This document shows positions 18,892 through 30,407 of a stretch of 64,000 nt of DNA, piece after piece (position 1 is the first letter of the stretch; every line of letters starts with the position of its first letter). The notes below the pieces were generated by a model. It searched no databases, was not told the origin of the DNA, and was given only the letters and a program-made list of their open reading frames with translations. The stretch comes from an uncultured Gammaproteobacteria bacterium (GTDB lineage Bacteria; Pseudomonadota; Gammaproteobacteria; UBA9214), in contig CAVVHS010000008.1 of NCBI GenBank assembly GCA_963748215.1, forward strand, positions 224,001 to 288,000, in the 5' to 3' direction. Position numbers and translations under genes: made by a program.

Positions 18892-20781
18892 TCAGTTCGC
18901 GCCCTGTTCCGGATTTATCATCTGTTTAACCGGACCCAGGCATTGCTCGATCTGCTCGCGATGCAGGGTTTCCGTCTCCTTGAGCGTCGTGACCAGCTGT
19001 TCCAGCTGCGCACGGTGTTCCCGGATCACCGCCAGGGCGCGCCGCTCGCCTTCCTGCAACAGCGTCTTTACGGCCTGGTCCACGGCTTCGGCCGAGTGCT
19101 CGCTGTATCGGCGTGGTTGCGCGATCTCGCGACCCAGGAACGGGTGCTCCTCGCTTTCGCGTAAATCCATCGGCCCGATGTCCTCGGACATACCCCAGCG
19201 TGCCACCATGGCGCGGGCCAGGCTGGTGGCCTGGCTGATATCATCGTCTGCGCCGCTGCTGACCGAGGCAAGCATTTCTTGCTCGGCGGCACGGCCGCCG
19301 AGGATGACCGCCAGCCGGTCACGCAGGTATTCCTCCGGCAGGGTGTGGCGTTCCACCTCCGGCAGTTGCTGGGTACCGCCCAGCGCACGTCCGCGCGGAA
19401 TGATGGTCACCTTGTACAGCGGGTCCGCATTCGGCAGGAAATAGGCAACCAGTGTATGCCCCGCCTCGTGCACGGCCAGCCGGTGTCGTTCCTCCGGCTG
19501 GATGGCCAGGGTGCGCACGCTGCCCAGCAGCAGCTTGTCGCGCGACTCCTCGAAGTCGTGCATCGACACGGCATCCTGCTTATTCCTGGCGGCCAGCATC
19601 GCCGCCTCGTTCACCAGGTTCTTGATGTCCGCCCCGGAAAAGCCCGGCGTACCGGCAGCGATCTTGTCGAGATCGACATCGGCCTCCAGCGGCACCTTGC
19701 GGATATGCACCTTGAGGATGGCGACACGGTCGTCGCGGTCCGGCAGGTCCAGCACCACGTGACGATCGAAGCGACCCGGGCGCAACAGCGCGGGGTCGAG
19801 CACGTCCGGCCGGTTGGTGGCCGCCAGCACGATCACCGCCTCGTGTCCGGAGAAACCGTCCATTTCCGCGAGAATCTGGTTCAGTGTCTGTTCGCGCTCG
19901 TCATGGCCGCCGCCCAGCCCGGTGCCGCGCGTACGCCCTACGCTGTCGAGTTCATCGACGAATATGATGCTGGGGGCGTTTTTCTTCGCCGCCTCGAACA
20001 GGTGACGCACGCGGGCAGCGCCGACACCGACGAACACCTCGATGAATTCGGACCCGGAGATCGAGAAGAACGGGACCCCGGCCTCTCCCGCCAGGGCGCG
20101 TGCCAGCAGGGTCTTGCCGGTGCCTGGCGCGCCCATCAGCAGCACGCCGCGCGGTACCTCGGCGCCGAGCTTGCGAAAGGTCTCGGGATGCTTGAGGAAT
20201 TCCACCAGCTCGGTCACTTCCCGCTTGGCGTTCTCCTGCCCCGCAACATCCTCAAAGGTGACCTCTGGCACCTCTGCCACCCGGGCCGGGGCCTCGAGAA
20301 ACGTTTTCAGCTCGCCCGGCCCGCCCAGTCTTCCGCCCAGCGCACGCGAGGTCTGTTTGTAGATCCAGTAGAAAAACAGGATCAGGAACAGCCACGGCAG
20401 CAAGGCTATCAACACCGTTACCGCGCCCTTCTCCGCCTCGCTGGCGACCCGAAGCCTGACCTCGTGCGTCTCGAGCAGGGTCAGCAGGCTGTCATCCCCG
20501 AACGCCGGGACGGTAGTGCTGAAACGCCGCGCGGTCCCGCCCTGTGGCCCGATGTCCGAGGCGGCGCGCAACGTCCCTGCGGCATCGTTGCCGCGCAACA
20601 GCAGCTCTTCCACCTGGCCGTCCCTGACCAGTTCGCGGAACTGGCTGTAGGGGATCTCGTAGGCCGGCTCGGAGGGCAACCGGTACTGCAGCGACAGGTA
20701 CACCAGCATCAGGAGCACGAATGCCAGCAAATAGCCGGCCCACGGCGGATATCTCAGTTGCCAGGCGGGTCGCTCGTTCAT
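18892..20781 (-). CDS. ftsH: ATP-dependent zinc metalloprotease FtsH (probable paralog)
   Basis: Two TMs, [39 protein letters not shown]. Confidence 0.95.
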   Translation of the reverse strand: MNERPAWQLRYPPWAGYLLAFVLLMLVYLSLQYRLPSEPAYEIPYSQFRELVRDGQVEELLLRGNDAAGTLRAASDIGPQGGTARRFSTTVPAFGDDSLLTLLETHEVRLRVASEAEKGAVTVLIALLPWLFLILFFYWIYKQTSRALGGRLGGPGELKTFLEAPARVAEVPEVTFEDVAGQENAKREVTELVEFLKHPETFRKLGAEVPRGVLLMGAPGTGKTLLARALAGEAGVPFFSISGSEFIEVFVGVGAARVRHLFEAAKKNAPSIIFVDELDSVGRTRGTGLGGGHDEREQTLNQILAEMDGFSGHEAVIVLAATNRPDVLDPALLRPGRFDRHVVLDLPDRDDRVAILKVHIRKVPLEADVDLDKIAAGTPGFSGADIKNLVNEAAMLAARNKQDAVSMHDFEESRDKLLLGSVRTLAIQPEERHRLAVHEAGHTLVAYFLPNADPLYKVTIIPRGRALGGTQQLPEVERHTLPEEYLRDRLAVILGGRAAEQEMLASVSSGADDDISQATSLARAMVARWGMSEDIGPMDLRESEEHPFLGREIAQPRRYSEHSAEAVDQAVKTLLQEGERRALAVIREHRAQLEQLVTTLKETETLHREQIEQCLGPVKQMINPEQGAN

Positions 20782-20937
20782 CGCGTATCGGTAATTTCCT
20801 GCTTATCCATATCGTAACCATCCGCATCCAGACGTATCACCGATTATTTGTACCCGGGCAGTGATGCGGCCTGCGCTCCGGATCGAGGTACGCAATCGGT
20901 TCAGAAGTCCGGCCGGCCGTGAGTGCTGCCGCCGGAA

Positions 20938-23627
20938 TCAGGCGCTGCCCAGGATTTTACTCAGGAGGACGACATCCTCTTCCCGCCGGACCTCGCTGCT
21001 GAAGCCGCGCTTGCGAAACATGGACAGCATGCGCCGGTTGTCCGGGTCCGTCTCGGCAACCAGTTCTGCGATACCCCAGCGTGCGGCCACCTCGAGGCAA
21101 TAGTCCAGCAACAGTCCGCCAATACCCTTTCCCTGCCATGCATCCGGCACGATAACCGCGTACTCCGCCGTCTCGTGATTGAGATCCGTCATGAGCTGGC
21201 CGACACCGATCAGCTCGCGCTGTTCGCCCGAGCCGGCCTCCGCCACCAGTGCCAGCTCGCGCTCGTAGTCGATCATGCAGTGCCGCACCGCCATCTTGTG
21301 ATCACTGGTTTTGAACATCGAGCGGAACCGGAAGCGGATCGATTCCGGCGAGGAACTGGCAATAAGACTGTGCCAGAGCGGCTCGTCCTCGGGCCGGATC
21401 GGCCGCAGTACTATTTCGGTGCCGTCACGCAGCTGGCGATGACGGATGAGTTGTTCCGGGTACGGGCGTATCGCCAGGTGTGAGTACACATCATGCGTAT
21501 GCGGCCGTGCATGCCGGTTGAGCACCGCCGCGGCATCGAGCGCAATGACGCTCGTGGATGTTACGCGCAATGGATTGATATCGAACTCCAGGATTTCGGG
21601 ATAGTCCGCCACCAGGCAGGAAAAGCGGATCATGACCTCGATGAGGCTGTCGACAGCGACCGCTGCCTGGCCGCGATAACCCTGCAACAGCGGCCAGCAG
21701 CCCAGCGACTCGAGCATCCGCATTGCCAGATGTTCGTTGAGCGGTGGCAGGCCGAGGCTGTGATCCCGGTAGACACCGGTGGCGATACCGCCCAGGCCCA
21801 CCATGATCACGGGGCCGAATGTCCTGTCCTTGGTGGCACCCAGGATCATCTCCAGGCCGTCGCCGGACTCCACCATACGCTGCAGGGTCACGCAGGTGAC
21901 TTGCGGGTCCAGCCCGTGTTTGCGAATGACTTGCTGCATGCGATCATAGGCCGCGCGCACGGCGTCCTCATCCTGCAGATCCAGCATCACGCCACCGATA
22001 TCGATCTTGTGCACGACCTCGGGCGAACACAGCTTCAGCACTACCGGATAACCGATCTCGCCGGCCATGCTGACCGCATCGTCCACGTCGTGGGTGGCTC
22101 GGGTATCAGATACCGGTATGTCGTAAGCCTTCAGCAGCATCTTGGCCTCGCCTTCCCTCAGGATATCCCGCTCCTGCAGCAGATCGTGGAAATGGCGGGC
22201 GAGCTTTTTTCTGTTGAGACTGAAGTGAATCGGCATTTCCCGGGGCGTCTCATAGAGACTTTCCAGGTTGTGTGCATAGGACACCAGGTGCATGAAGGCG
22301 CGGATGGCCTGCTCGGGTGTCGAGTGCGCCGGCACCCCGGCACGGTTCAGGTAGCGGATCGAGTTGCGCGCCTCGCTGCCACCCATCCAGGCAGCGAACA
22401 CAGGTTTACGCACCCGTTGCGCAACACCGGCCACCGCCTCGGCCACGTCCCGGAAATCCGCCAGCGGGTGGTTGCTGAATATCACCAGGATCGCATCGAC
22501 GTTGCGGTCCTGACACACGATGTCAAGCGCAGCTGTGTAACGCTGCGGCCCTGCATCATCAAGCAGGTCCACCGGGTTGCCATGTGACCAGCCGGCCGGA
22601 AGCACCTCGTCCAGCCTGCTGACGGTATCGTCATCGAAGGTGGCGAGTTCGCCCTGGCGGGAAATCAGCGCATCTGCCGCGATGATTGCAGGCCCGCCGG
22701 CATTGCCGACAATGGCAAGCCGGCGCCCGCCCGGCAGACGCTGGGATGCGAGGATCTCGGCAACCTCGAAGATATCATCGAGCTCGTTCACCCTGACGAT
22801 GCCGGCGCGCTCGAACACTGCGCTGTAGACGGCATCCTCGCCGGCAATGCTGCCGGTATGCGACAGCGCGGCCCGGGCCGAGCGCTCGAAGCGACCGGAC
22901 TTGTAGGCCACAATCGGCTTGTACGAGGCAAAGGAACGCGCTGCCGACATGAAGCGCCTGGCATGCCGGATCGACTGGACGTAAAGGATGATGGCACGTG
23001 TCTTCGGGTCAGTCCCCAGATAATCGATGAGATCCCCGTACCCGACATCCATGTTGTTGCCAAGGGAGGCAAACAGGGAAAATCCGATACCGGCATCGGC
23101 AGCCCAGTCCAGGATGGCGTTGGAGAGTGAATGTGACTGGGAGATAAAGGCCAGGCGCCCGGCCCCGGGAAAGACGACTGCCTGGCTGGCATTGAGGCCC
23201 AACTCCGGCACGATGATGCCTTGCGAGTTCGGCCCGATGATGCGCATGGTTTTGAAACGCGCGGCCGCCTCGGACAGCCGGTTCTCCAGCTGGCGGCCCT
23301 CCGCTCCGGATTCACTGAAGCCGGCGGTCAGGATGACGATGCCCATGATGCCGGCCTCGCCACAGTGGATCACGGCCTGCGGGACGTCCCGGGCGGTGTA
23401 CAGATGACCGCCAGATCAGGGGTCTTCGGCAGGCTCTGCAGATCCGGGTAGGTCGGAACGCCGCTGACCGATTCGACACTGTCGCTGACCGGGTAGACGA
23501 TGCCACGGAACCCGGCGCCCAGCAGGTTGGACAACACCCGCCTGCCGAGATCGTTCGGGGTATTGCCGACACCGATCAGGACAACCCGGCGCGGCTTGAA
23601 GATCTTGTCTAGGTTACGGATGCTCAC
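20938..23627 (-). CDS. Bifunctional NDP-forming acyl-CoA synthetase-like/GNAT protein (Pat/YfiQ type); one frameshift near 23380
   Basis: LDKIFKPRRVVLIG...PDLAVICTP continues in another frame as VPQAVIHCGEAG...GPN, SHTG, NPVD, HKIDIGGV, AIRPYP and a C-terminal GNAT domain. Confidence 0.9.
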
Positions 23628-23752
23628 GACCGTTGGAACTCGCTGCGCAGATGCTGCTACGGTCCGAATCATACTATGCTTGATAAGCAGGCAAGTCCAT
23701 GCAGCTATGCCATGGACGGGAATAGCAGCGATTTTTACTGCTGTTTGCGGCG

Positions 23753-24238
23753 CTAGCCCTGTTTATCCCTGTCCTGCTTGGGCCCGCCGGTACCGGGCGC
23801 GTAGGCCTTGAGCAGGTTTTCCTGCATGGTCTTCCAGAGCTCCATGTTGCGTTCCGCCATCTCCTTCAGCACCGAGGACGGCGCCATCCGCAACATGTGC
23901 TCCATCTGGTCCTGCAGGAGCTGTTGCTGCCCGACGAAGGAGTCCATGCTCTTCTCGAGATAGGTACCGACAAAGGACTGCAGGGTGTTGCCGTAGTAGA
24001 GGATGATTTGCTCCAGCAGCCGTGTACTCAGCATCGGCTGGCCCTTTTCCTCCTGCTCGACGATGATCTGCAACAGGATGCTGCGCGTGATGTCGTCGCC
24101 GTTGACGGTGTCGATGACCCGGAACGTCTTGCCATCCATGACGAGCTGCCGGATATCGTCCAGCGCGACATAGCGGCTCTCCGCCGTATCGTACAGGCGC
24201 CGGTTCGCGTATTTCTTGATGATCCGTTCTTCAGACAT
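23753..24238 (-). CDS. phaR: Polyhydroxyalkanoate synthesis repressor PhaR
   Basis: RIIKKYANRRLYDT..S.YV.L, D.TRSILLQII.E.E. Confidence 0.95.
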   Translation of the reverse strand: MSEERIIKKYANRRLYDTAESRYVALDDIRQLVMDGKTFRVIDTVNGDDITRSILLQIIVEQEEKGQPMLSTRLLEQIILYYGNTLQSFVGTYLEKSMDSFVGQQQLLQDQMEHMLRMAPSSVLKEMAERNMELWKTMQENLLKAYAPGTGGPKQDRDKQG

Positions 24239-24262
24239 GGGGCAAGGGCAAGCCGTTCCGCG

Positions 24263-24994
24263 TCAGCTCATGTACTGGCCGCCGTTCACCGGGATATTGG
24301 CCCCCGTGATAAAGCCCGCATCCTCGGCCGCCAGGAATACCACCACACGCGCGATGTCTGCCGGCTGCCCGAGCCTGGCCACCGGGATCTGCGCAATAAT
24401 CTGCTTGCGGACCTCCTCGGGCACGGCATTGACCATGGGCGAATCGATATAACCCGGCGAGATGGTATTGGCGGTCACACCCTTGCGTGCCCCTTCCTGA
24501 GCCAGCGACATGGTGAAGCCGTGCATGCCCGCCTTGGACGCGGCGTAGTTGGCCTGGCCGAACTGGCCCTTCTGGCCATTGATGGAGGAGATGCTGATGA
24601 CGCGACCGAACCCGCGCTCCAGCATGCCCTCGATGACATTGCGCGTGGCGTTGAAAACACTGTCGAGGTTCGACTGGATGACCGCGTGCCACTGCTCGGG
24701 CGTCATCTTGCGCAGCGAGGCGTCACGGGTGATGCCGGCGACATTGACCAGGATATCGACCGGTCCGGCCTGCGCCACGGCCGCCTGCGTGGAATCGAAG
24801 TCGGACAGATCACAGGACACGATACCGATGTCATAACCCGCGCCCTTTTGCCCGGCCTGCCACTCACCGGCGCGGTCGGTTTCGGCCGGCAGGCAGGTCG
24901 CCACGACCCGGTGCCCGGCCTGGCAAAGCTGCCGGCAGATTTCCGTACCGATGGTGCCGGTACCCCCTGTAACCAGTGCTGTCTTCTGTGCCAT
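24263..24994 (-). CDS. phaB: Acetoacetyl-CoA reductase
   Basis: SDR motifs TGGTGTIG, AGITRD, SSINGQKGQFGQANYAASKAG, NGGQYM. Confidence 0.96.
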   Translation of the reverse strand: MAQKTALVTGGTGTIGTEICRQLCQAGHRVVATCLPAETDRAGEWQAGQKGAGYDIGIVSCDLSDFDSTQAAVAQAGPVDILVNVAGITRDASLRKMTPEQWHAVIQSNLDSVFNATRNVIEGMLERGFGRVISISSINGQKGQFGQANYAASKAGMHGFTMSLAQEGARKGVTANTISPGYIDSPMVNAVPEEVRKQIIAQIPVARLGQPADIARVVVFLAAEDAGFITGANIPVNGGQYMS

Positions 24995-25098
24995 TGATAG
25001 TCTCCAAGTTTGATCGCGTGTTTATTGCGCAGGTTGCAGGCGCACCGTGAGCAGCGCTATCGACCGTGGCCTGCGATCCGTCCTTAGCTTAAATGCCG

Positions 25099-26280
25099 CT
25101 AGCGTTCCACTGCCGTGGCGACGCCCTGCCCGCCGCCGATGCACAGCGTCGCCAGGCCCTTGTGCAGGTCGCGCCTGCGCATCTCGTGCAGGAGCGTCAC
25201 CAGGATGCGGGCGCCCGAAGCGCCAATCGGATGTCCGAGCGCGATCGCACCACCGTTGACGTTCACCCGGGCGGTGTCCCAGCCGAGATCGCGATTGACG
25301 GCGATGGCCTGCGCGGCGAAGGCCTCGTTGGCCTCGATCAGCTCGAGATCCCCGATCTGCCAGCCGGCCCTGGCCAGGCAGCGCCGGGTCGCGGGCACCG
25401 GTCCGGTACCCATGATGGCCGGGTCGACACCGGCATTGCCGTAGCCCGCGATACGCGCCAGGGGTTCGAGACCCAGTTCCTGCGCGCGACGCGCCGAGGC
25501 GATAAGCAGGGCCGCCGCCCCGTCATTGATACCCGAGGCATTGCCGGGCGTGACCGTGCCGTGCTCGGTCCTGAAGGCGGGGCGCAGCCGGGCCAGGCTT
25601 TCACCGGTGGTCCCGTGCCGCGGAAACTCGTCCACGTCAAAGACCAGCGGTTCCTGCTTGCGGCGCGGGATCTCGACCGGCACGATCTCGTCCGCGAAGC
25701 GGCCGGCCTTCTGCGCGGCCTCCGCCTTCTGCTGGGATGCCGCGGCGAAGTCATCCTGTTCCTCGCGGCTGATACCGTAGCGGTCGACCAGGTTCTCGGC
25801 GGTGCAACCCATGTGATAGTCGTTGAAGATGTCCCACAGGCCGTCCTGGATCATGCTGTCGACCAGCGGCCACTCGCCCATGCGCATGCCGGTACGCGAT
25901 CCGCGCAGGATGTGCGGTGCCAGGTTCATGTTTTCCTGACCCCCGGCCACGATCAGGTCCGCATCACCGCAGCGGATGGCCTGCACCGCCATGTGCACTG
26001 CCTTCATGCCGCTGCCGCAGACCTTGTTCACGGTCAGCGCCGGAACCTCGACCGGCAGACCGGCCTCGATCGCGGCCTGGCGGGCCGGATTCTGGCCGAC
26101 ACCGGCGGTCAGAACCTGGCCCAGGATGACCTCGTTCACCTGTCCAGGTTCCAGGCCATTACGCTCCAGCAGGGCCCGGATCACCCGGGCACCCAGCGAG
26201 CTGGCCGCTACCGTCGCCAGATTACCCTCGAATTTGCCGATTGCGGTCCGTGCCGCATCGATGATGACTATGTCTTCCAT
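25099..26280 (-). CDS. phaA: Acetyl-CoA C-acetyltransferase (beta-ketothiolase)
   Basis: [30 protein letters not shown]. Confidence 0.96.
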   Translation of the reverse strand: MEDIVIIDAARTAIGKFEGNLATVAASSLGARVIRALLERNGLEPGQVNEVILGQVLTAGVGQNPARQAAIEAGLPVEVPALTVNKVCGSGMKAVHMAVQAIRCGDADLIVAGGQENMNLAPHILRGSRTGMRMGEWPLVDSMIQDGLWDIFNDYHMGCTAENLVDRYGISREEQDDFAAASQQKAEAAQKAGRFADEIVPVEIPRRKQEPLVFDVDEFPRHGTTGESLARLRPAFRTEHGTVTPGNASGINDGAAALLIASARRAQELGLEPLARIAGYGNAGVDPAIMGTGPVPATRRCLARAGWQIGDLELIEANEAFAAQAIAVNRDLGWDTARVNVNGGAIALGHPIGASGARILVTLLHEMRRRDLHKGLATLCIGGGQGVATAVER

Positions 26281-26464
26281 TGGACGGTTCTCCCCCGAAA
26301 TCGCGGAATTCCACTCGCGCCGCGTATGCGACGATTGCCGGTACAACACAACGCTTCTGTCAGTTACCTGCCCCGCGCAAGCGGACAGGCCCGGGCACGG
26401 TCAGGGAACGGGGCGGCACAATATCATGCCGTCCCACCCTGCCTGTGACCGGCAGTCACAGGCG

Positions 26465-26830
26465 CTACTTGGACTTTTTGGCCTTTTCAGCCTGTCCGCC
26501 GCTCGCCTTCATGGTTGCGTCTTCCGCCCAACTGGCGACCGCCTGCTGCGCCTCGGTGGCGATGCGGGCGAATTCCTGGGCCCGGTTGAGCAGGCGCTCT
26601 CCGAATTCGGATACCAGTTGACCCTGCTCGGCCAGGACATCCTCCGGCTTTTCCGCCTTGCCGAGGACCGACGCCTGCCGCGTGCCCAGTTCGAGATAAT
26701 CACGGGCAACATCCAGCTGCTGGCGCGCCACCCGCTCCATCGCCGTGACCGTGATTTCATTCAGTTTCATCATGGGCTCGACAGTACTCTTGGTCAGTTT
26801 CACCCATTCATCAAAGACTTCGGAATTCAT
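26465..26830 (-). CDS. phaP: Phasin
   Basis: Amphipathic helical protein heading the pha operon; GGAG RBS before ATG 26830. Confidence 0.82.
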   Translation of the reverse strand: MNSEVFDEWVKLTKSTVEPMMKLNEITVTAMERVARQQLDVARDYLELGTRQASVLGKAEKPEDVLAEQGQLVSEFGERLLNRAQEFARIATEAQQAVASWAEDATMKASGGQAEKAKKSK

Positions 26831-26889
26831 GTTTGCATCTCCCATCGGGTTGATAATACCGGCCTCTTGGCAGCCGGCCTGCCTGATCT

Positions 26890-26904
26890 TGCTGCATTGC
26901 AGCA
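26890..26904. promoter_or_regulatory. Probable PhaR operator upstream of phaP
   Basis: Palindrome TGCTGCA-T-TGCAGCA fits the CTGC-N3-GCAG PhaR motif. Confidence 0.65.
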
Positions 26905-27045
26905 TAGTTGCTGCCGGACTGACTGTCAAGCCAAACAGAAGCCTTCCCTGCGATATTTTTTATATATATGATTTTAATGAGTAATAATTAGCATCTTCTG
27001 CCATATGGCGCCGCACCCCGGCCCGCCCGGGTGAACCGGTGAATT

Positions 27046-27064
27046 TATGTTGCATTGCAATATA
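27046..27064. promoter_or_regulatory. Probable PhaR-type operator upstream of phaE
   Basis: TATGTTGCA-T-TGCAATATA shares the TGCATTGCA core with 26890-26904. Confidence 0.55.
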
Positions 27065-27110
27065 CATCCGCTATACTATGGTTAATACCAGTGAGCGGGA
27101 GGAACCCCAG

Positions 27111-28223
27111 ATGGCAGGTTTTGCGGACACATCGAATGCCTGGAGCCAGGCGTGGCTGGATATGCAGAAGCAGTATATGGATACCTGGATGAAATTCTCA
27201 CCCCAGGGCACCCCGGGCAGCTTCATGACATCCCCGTTCGCCGCGGCCGGCCCCAACCCGTGGACGGACGCGTTTGAACAATGGTCGAAGCTGTTTTCGC
27301 AGGGCATGCCCGCCAACGCCAGGGATGTCAGCTCGCGCCTGTTCGACCTCGGCAAGGGCTACCTGGACATGAGCGAACGCTTCTGGCAGGTCATGCAGCA
27401 GGGCAAGGACAGCCCGGTGTCGGCAACGGACTGGCAGAGCATGATGCAAAAGACCTTCGAGCAGGCCGGCAAGGGCTTCAACTTCCCCGGCGGCGCCACC
27501 GATCCCTGGTCGGGTTTCGCGACCCTCTGGGGCCTGCCGCTCAGTAACTGGCAGCGCATGGCCACCTCGTTTTCGCCCTTTCCGGGCGAGATGGAAAAGG
27601 CCCTGCGCGCTGACCATATTCCGGAACCCAGCGATATGACACGTGCGGTCCGGCATACCCTCTCCCTGCCAGCGATCGGCTACACGCGCGAGTGGCAGGA
27701 ACAGCAGCAGGAGTGGACCCGGCTGCTCATGGACTATCACCACACCATGCACGCCTTTGGCGGACTGCTGGGCAAGGTCGTGCAGCGCGCGCTGGAACTG
27801 TTTGGCAAGCGCATGACGGAAAAGCTCGGTGCCGGGGAATCCTTCGATGGCCTGCGCGCCATCTACAATCTCTGGATCGATTGCGGCGAGGACGCATATG
27901 CCGAGCTGGTCGCGACCGCGGACTTCCCGCATCTGCAGGCCGAAATGGTCAATGCCCTGATGCGCATGAAACGTCATGAACAGCTCATGCTCGAGGAAGT
28001 CATGACGGCGCTGAACATACCGACGCGCAGGGAGATGGATACCACCCACAAGCGGGTATACGACCTGCAGCAGCAGGTGTGTCATTTGCAGGATGCCCTG
28101 GAGGATGCCGCAAACGTCAGGAAGGCGCCGCCGAAAGCCCGCAAGACCGCAACGAAAAAGTCCACCACGAAAAAATCCGGCACGGCCGCGCGCCGCGCCC
28201 GACCCAAAACCAGGAAGGAATAA
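27111..28223 (+). CDS. phaE: Class III PHA synthase subunit PhaE
   Basis: PAIGYTRE.QE, LRAIYNLWIDCGEDAY, LNIPTRRE motifs; basic C-terminal tail; GGAGG RBS. Confidence 0.94.
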   Translation: MAGFADTSNAWSQAWLDMQKQYMDTWMKFSPQGTPGSFMTSPFAAAGPNPWTDAFEQWSKLFSQGMPANARDVSSRLFDLGKGYLDMSERFWQVMQQGKDSPVSATDWQSMMQKTFEQAGKGFNFPGGATDPWSGFATLWGLPLSNWQRMATSFSPFPGEMEKALRADHIPEPSDMTRAVRHTLSLPAIGYTREWQEQQQEWTRLLMDYHHTMHAFGGLLGKVVQRALELFGKRMTEKLGAGESFDGLRAIYNLWIDCGEDAYAELVATADFPHLQAEMVNALMRMKRHEQLMLEEVMTALNIPTRREMDTTHKRVYDLQQQVCHLQDALEDAANVRKAPPKARKTATKKSTTKKSGTAARRARPKTRKE

Positions 28224-28226
28224 GCG

Positions 28227-29294
28227 ATGATCAATCTGCCGCTGCAACCCGACCAGGTCCTGAAGGAAGCGCTCGATTTCAACAGCAAGCTGACTGCAGG
28301 CCTCACCAACCTGAAGGATATCGGCGAAGTCGATGTCGGCACCGCGCCCAAGGATGCCGTCTACAGCGAGGACAAGCTGGTGCTGTATCACTACAAGGCC
28401 AGCGTCGACAAGCCGGCGAAAACGCCGCTGCTGATCGTCTACGCGCTGGTCAATCGTCCCTACATGACGGACCTGCAGGAAGACCGCTCCATCATCCGCA
28501 ACCTGCTCGATCACGGTGTGGATGTCTATCTGATCGACTGGGGCTATCCGGATGGCGCCGACCGTTTCCTGCAGCTTGATGACTACATCAACCGCTACAT
28601 CAATCACTGTGTGCGCCATATCTGCAAGGCCCATGGCCTGCGTAAAATCAACCTGCTGGGTATCTGCCAGGGGGGTACCTTCAGCCTGTGCTACACCGCC
28701 ATTCATCCCGAGCGCGTTGCCAACCTGGTGACCATGGTAACGCCGGTGGACTTCCACACCCCGAACAACGTGCTCAGCGAATGGGCACGTGGCCTGGATG
28801 TCGACCTGCTCGTCGACACGGTCGGCAACATGCCGGGTGAGCTGCTGAACTGGACCTTCCTGTCGATGAAACCGTTCCGCCTGACCAGCCAGAAGTATGC
28901 GGATCTCGCCGACATCCTGGATGACCCGAAGAAACTGAAAAACTTCATGCGCATGGAAAAGTGGATCTTCGACAGCCCGGACCAGGCCGGCGAGGCATTC
29001 CGCCAGTTCGTACATCTGTTCTACCAGCAGAACCGGCTGGTTACAGGCGACCTGGAGATCGGCGGCCACGCGGTCAGTCTCAAGCAGGTAACCTGCCCGG
29101 TGCTCAACATCTACGCGACCTACGACCACCTCGTGCCGCCGGAATCATCGAAGGCACTCGAGCGGCAGGTAGGCACGCGCGACTACAGCAGCATCGAGTT
29201 CAAGGGCGGCCACATCGGTATCTATGTCAGCGGCAAGGCACAGCACGATATCCCGCCGGCCATCGCAAGCTGGCTGCAGGAACGCAGCGACTGA
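28227..29294 (+). CDS. phaC: Class III PHA synthase subunit PhaC
   Basis: YALVNRPY..DLQ, lipase box GICQGG, DHLVP, GGHIG. Confidence 0.97.
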   Translation: MINLPLQPDQVLKEALDFNSKLTAGLTNLKDIGEVDVGTAPKDAVYSEDKLVLYHYKASVDKPAKTPLLIVYALVNRPYMTDLQEDRSIIRNLLDHGVDVYLIDWGYPDGADRFLQLDDYINRYINHCVRHICKAHGLRKINLLGICQGGTFSLCYTAIHPERVANLVTMVTPVDFHTPNNVLSEWARGLDVDLLVDTVGNMPGELLNWTFLSMKPFRLTSQKYADLADILDDPKKLKNFMRMEKWIFDSPDQAGEAFRQFVHLFYQQNRLVTGDLEIGGHAVSLKQVTCPVLNIYATYDHLVPPESSKALERQVGTRDYSSIEFKGGHIGIYVSGKAQHDIPPAIASWLQERSD

Positions 29295-29321
29295 TTAACC
29301 CGGAATACGGGTGCAGCAGTT

Positions 29322-29369
29322 GCTGGTCGAATGAATTCGGCCCTGCAGGGCCGAATTCATTCGACCAGC
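29322..29369. repeat. Perfect 48-bp palindrome between convergent genes
   Basis: gctggtcgaatgaattcggccctg|cagggccgaattcattcgaccagc; a related half-unit lies near 51819-51840. Confidence 0.9.
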
Positions 29370-29372
29370 GGG

Positions 29373-30293
29373 CTAGCCCAGCAGGGCGTTGAGGTGTGCG
29401 CCCACGCTGCGGGCCAGCCCCGGCAGCGAGTAGCCGCCCTCCAGCACCGAGATGATCCGTCCGCGGGCATGGCGCGCGGCAAGCTGATGCAGCTCCCGGG
29501 TGATCCAGCCATAATCCTGCTCGGTCAGGTTGAGGTCGGCGACCTCGTCCTGCCAGTGCGCATCGAAACCGGCCGAGACCAGCACCAGTTCGGGCCGGAA
29601 GGCATCCAGTGTCCCCAGCCATTCTTCCCGGATCCGCTCGCGGAAGGCCTGGCTGCCGGTTCCGGCAACCAGCGGTGTCTTGACCTGGTGCGTGCCCGTC
29701 AGGTCAGTAGCGGAGAAGGGATACAACGGATGCTGGAAGGATGAGCAGAACAGAACCCGCACATCGTCCCGGAAGATATCCTCGGTACCGTTGCCGTGAT
29801 GGACATCGAAATCGACGATGGCGATGCGCTGCAGGCCATACCGTGCGAAGGCATGGGCGGCGCCGACCGCGACATTGTTGAAGAAGCAGAAACCCATGGC
29901 CGCGGCCCGCTCGGCATGGTGGCCGGGTGGGCGCACCGCGCAGAAGGCGCTCTCCGCTTCCCCGCCCAGCACCAGGTCGACCGCATATACCACCGCACCG
30001 GCCGCATGACGCGCCGCCTCGAGGGTATGCGGGTTCATCGCCGTGTCCGAATCGAGCCAGTACAAACCGCTGGCCGGTGACAGCGCAAAAATCTCATCCA
30101 CGTAGCGTGGATCATGGATGCGGAGCAGCTGCTCCCGGGTTACCGCCGGCGCATCGTACCGGCAGATGGCAAATTCAAGACCAGTGGCAAGCAACTGGTC
30201 CTCGATGGCCTCCAGCCGTGCCGGCGACTCCGGATGCCCTTCGCCCGTTTCATGCAGCCGGCAGGCGGGATGGGTGATATAGGCGATGGTCAT
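29373..30293 (-). CDS. Zn-dependent histone deacetylase family protein
   Basis: HPESPARL, RPPGHHA, GFCFFNN, DFDVHHGNGT, SAGFDAH, LEGGY. Confidence 0.95.
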   Translation of the reverse strand: MTIAYITHPACRLHETGEGHPESPARLEAIEDQLLATGLEFAICRYDAPAVTREQLLRIHDPRYVDEIFALSPASGLYWLDSDTAMNPHTLEAARHAAGAVVYAVDLVLGGEAESAFCAVRPPGHHAERAAAMGFCFFNNVAVGAAHAFARYGLQRIAIVDFDVHHGNGTEDIFRDDVRVLFCSSFQHPLYPFSATDLTGTHQVKTPLVAGTGSQAFRERIREEWLGTLDAFRPELVLVSAGFDAHWQDEVADLNLTEQDYGWITRELHQLAARHARGRIISVLEGGYSLPGLARSVGAHLNALLG

Positions 30294-30407
30294 GGTGACT
30301 TATCCAGTGATTCTGGCCGGATTATAAACACTCCGCGCACCGAAGCTATCTGTCCGGATGCAGATTGCAGGGCACAACGGCTGCTTGTCCTGATGGGGCG
30401 CACCATG

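Noticed and set aside
27198-29129. Long antisense ORFs (e.g. 27198-29129, 2715-4736, 19279-20817, 25093-26448, 32585-34006)
   Set aside because: Shadow frames of high-GC genes, with no recognisable motifs.
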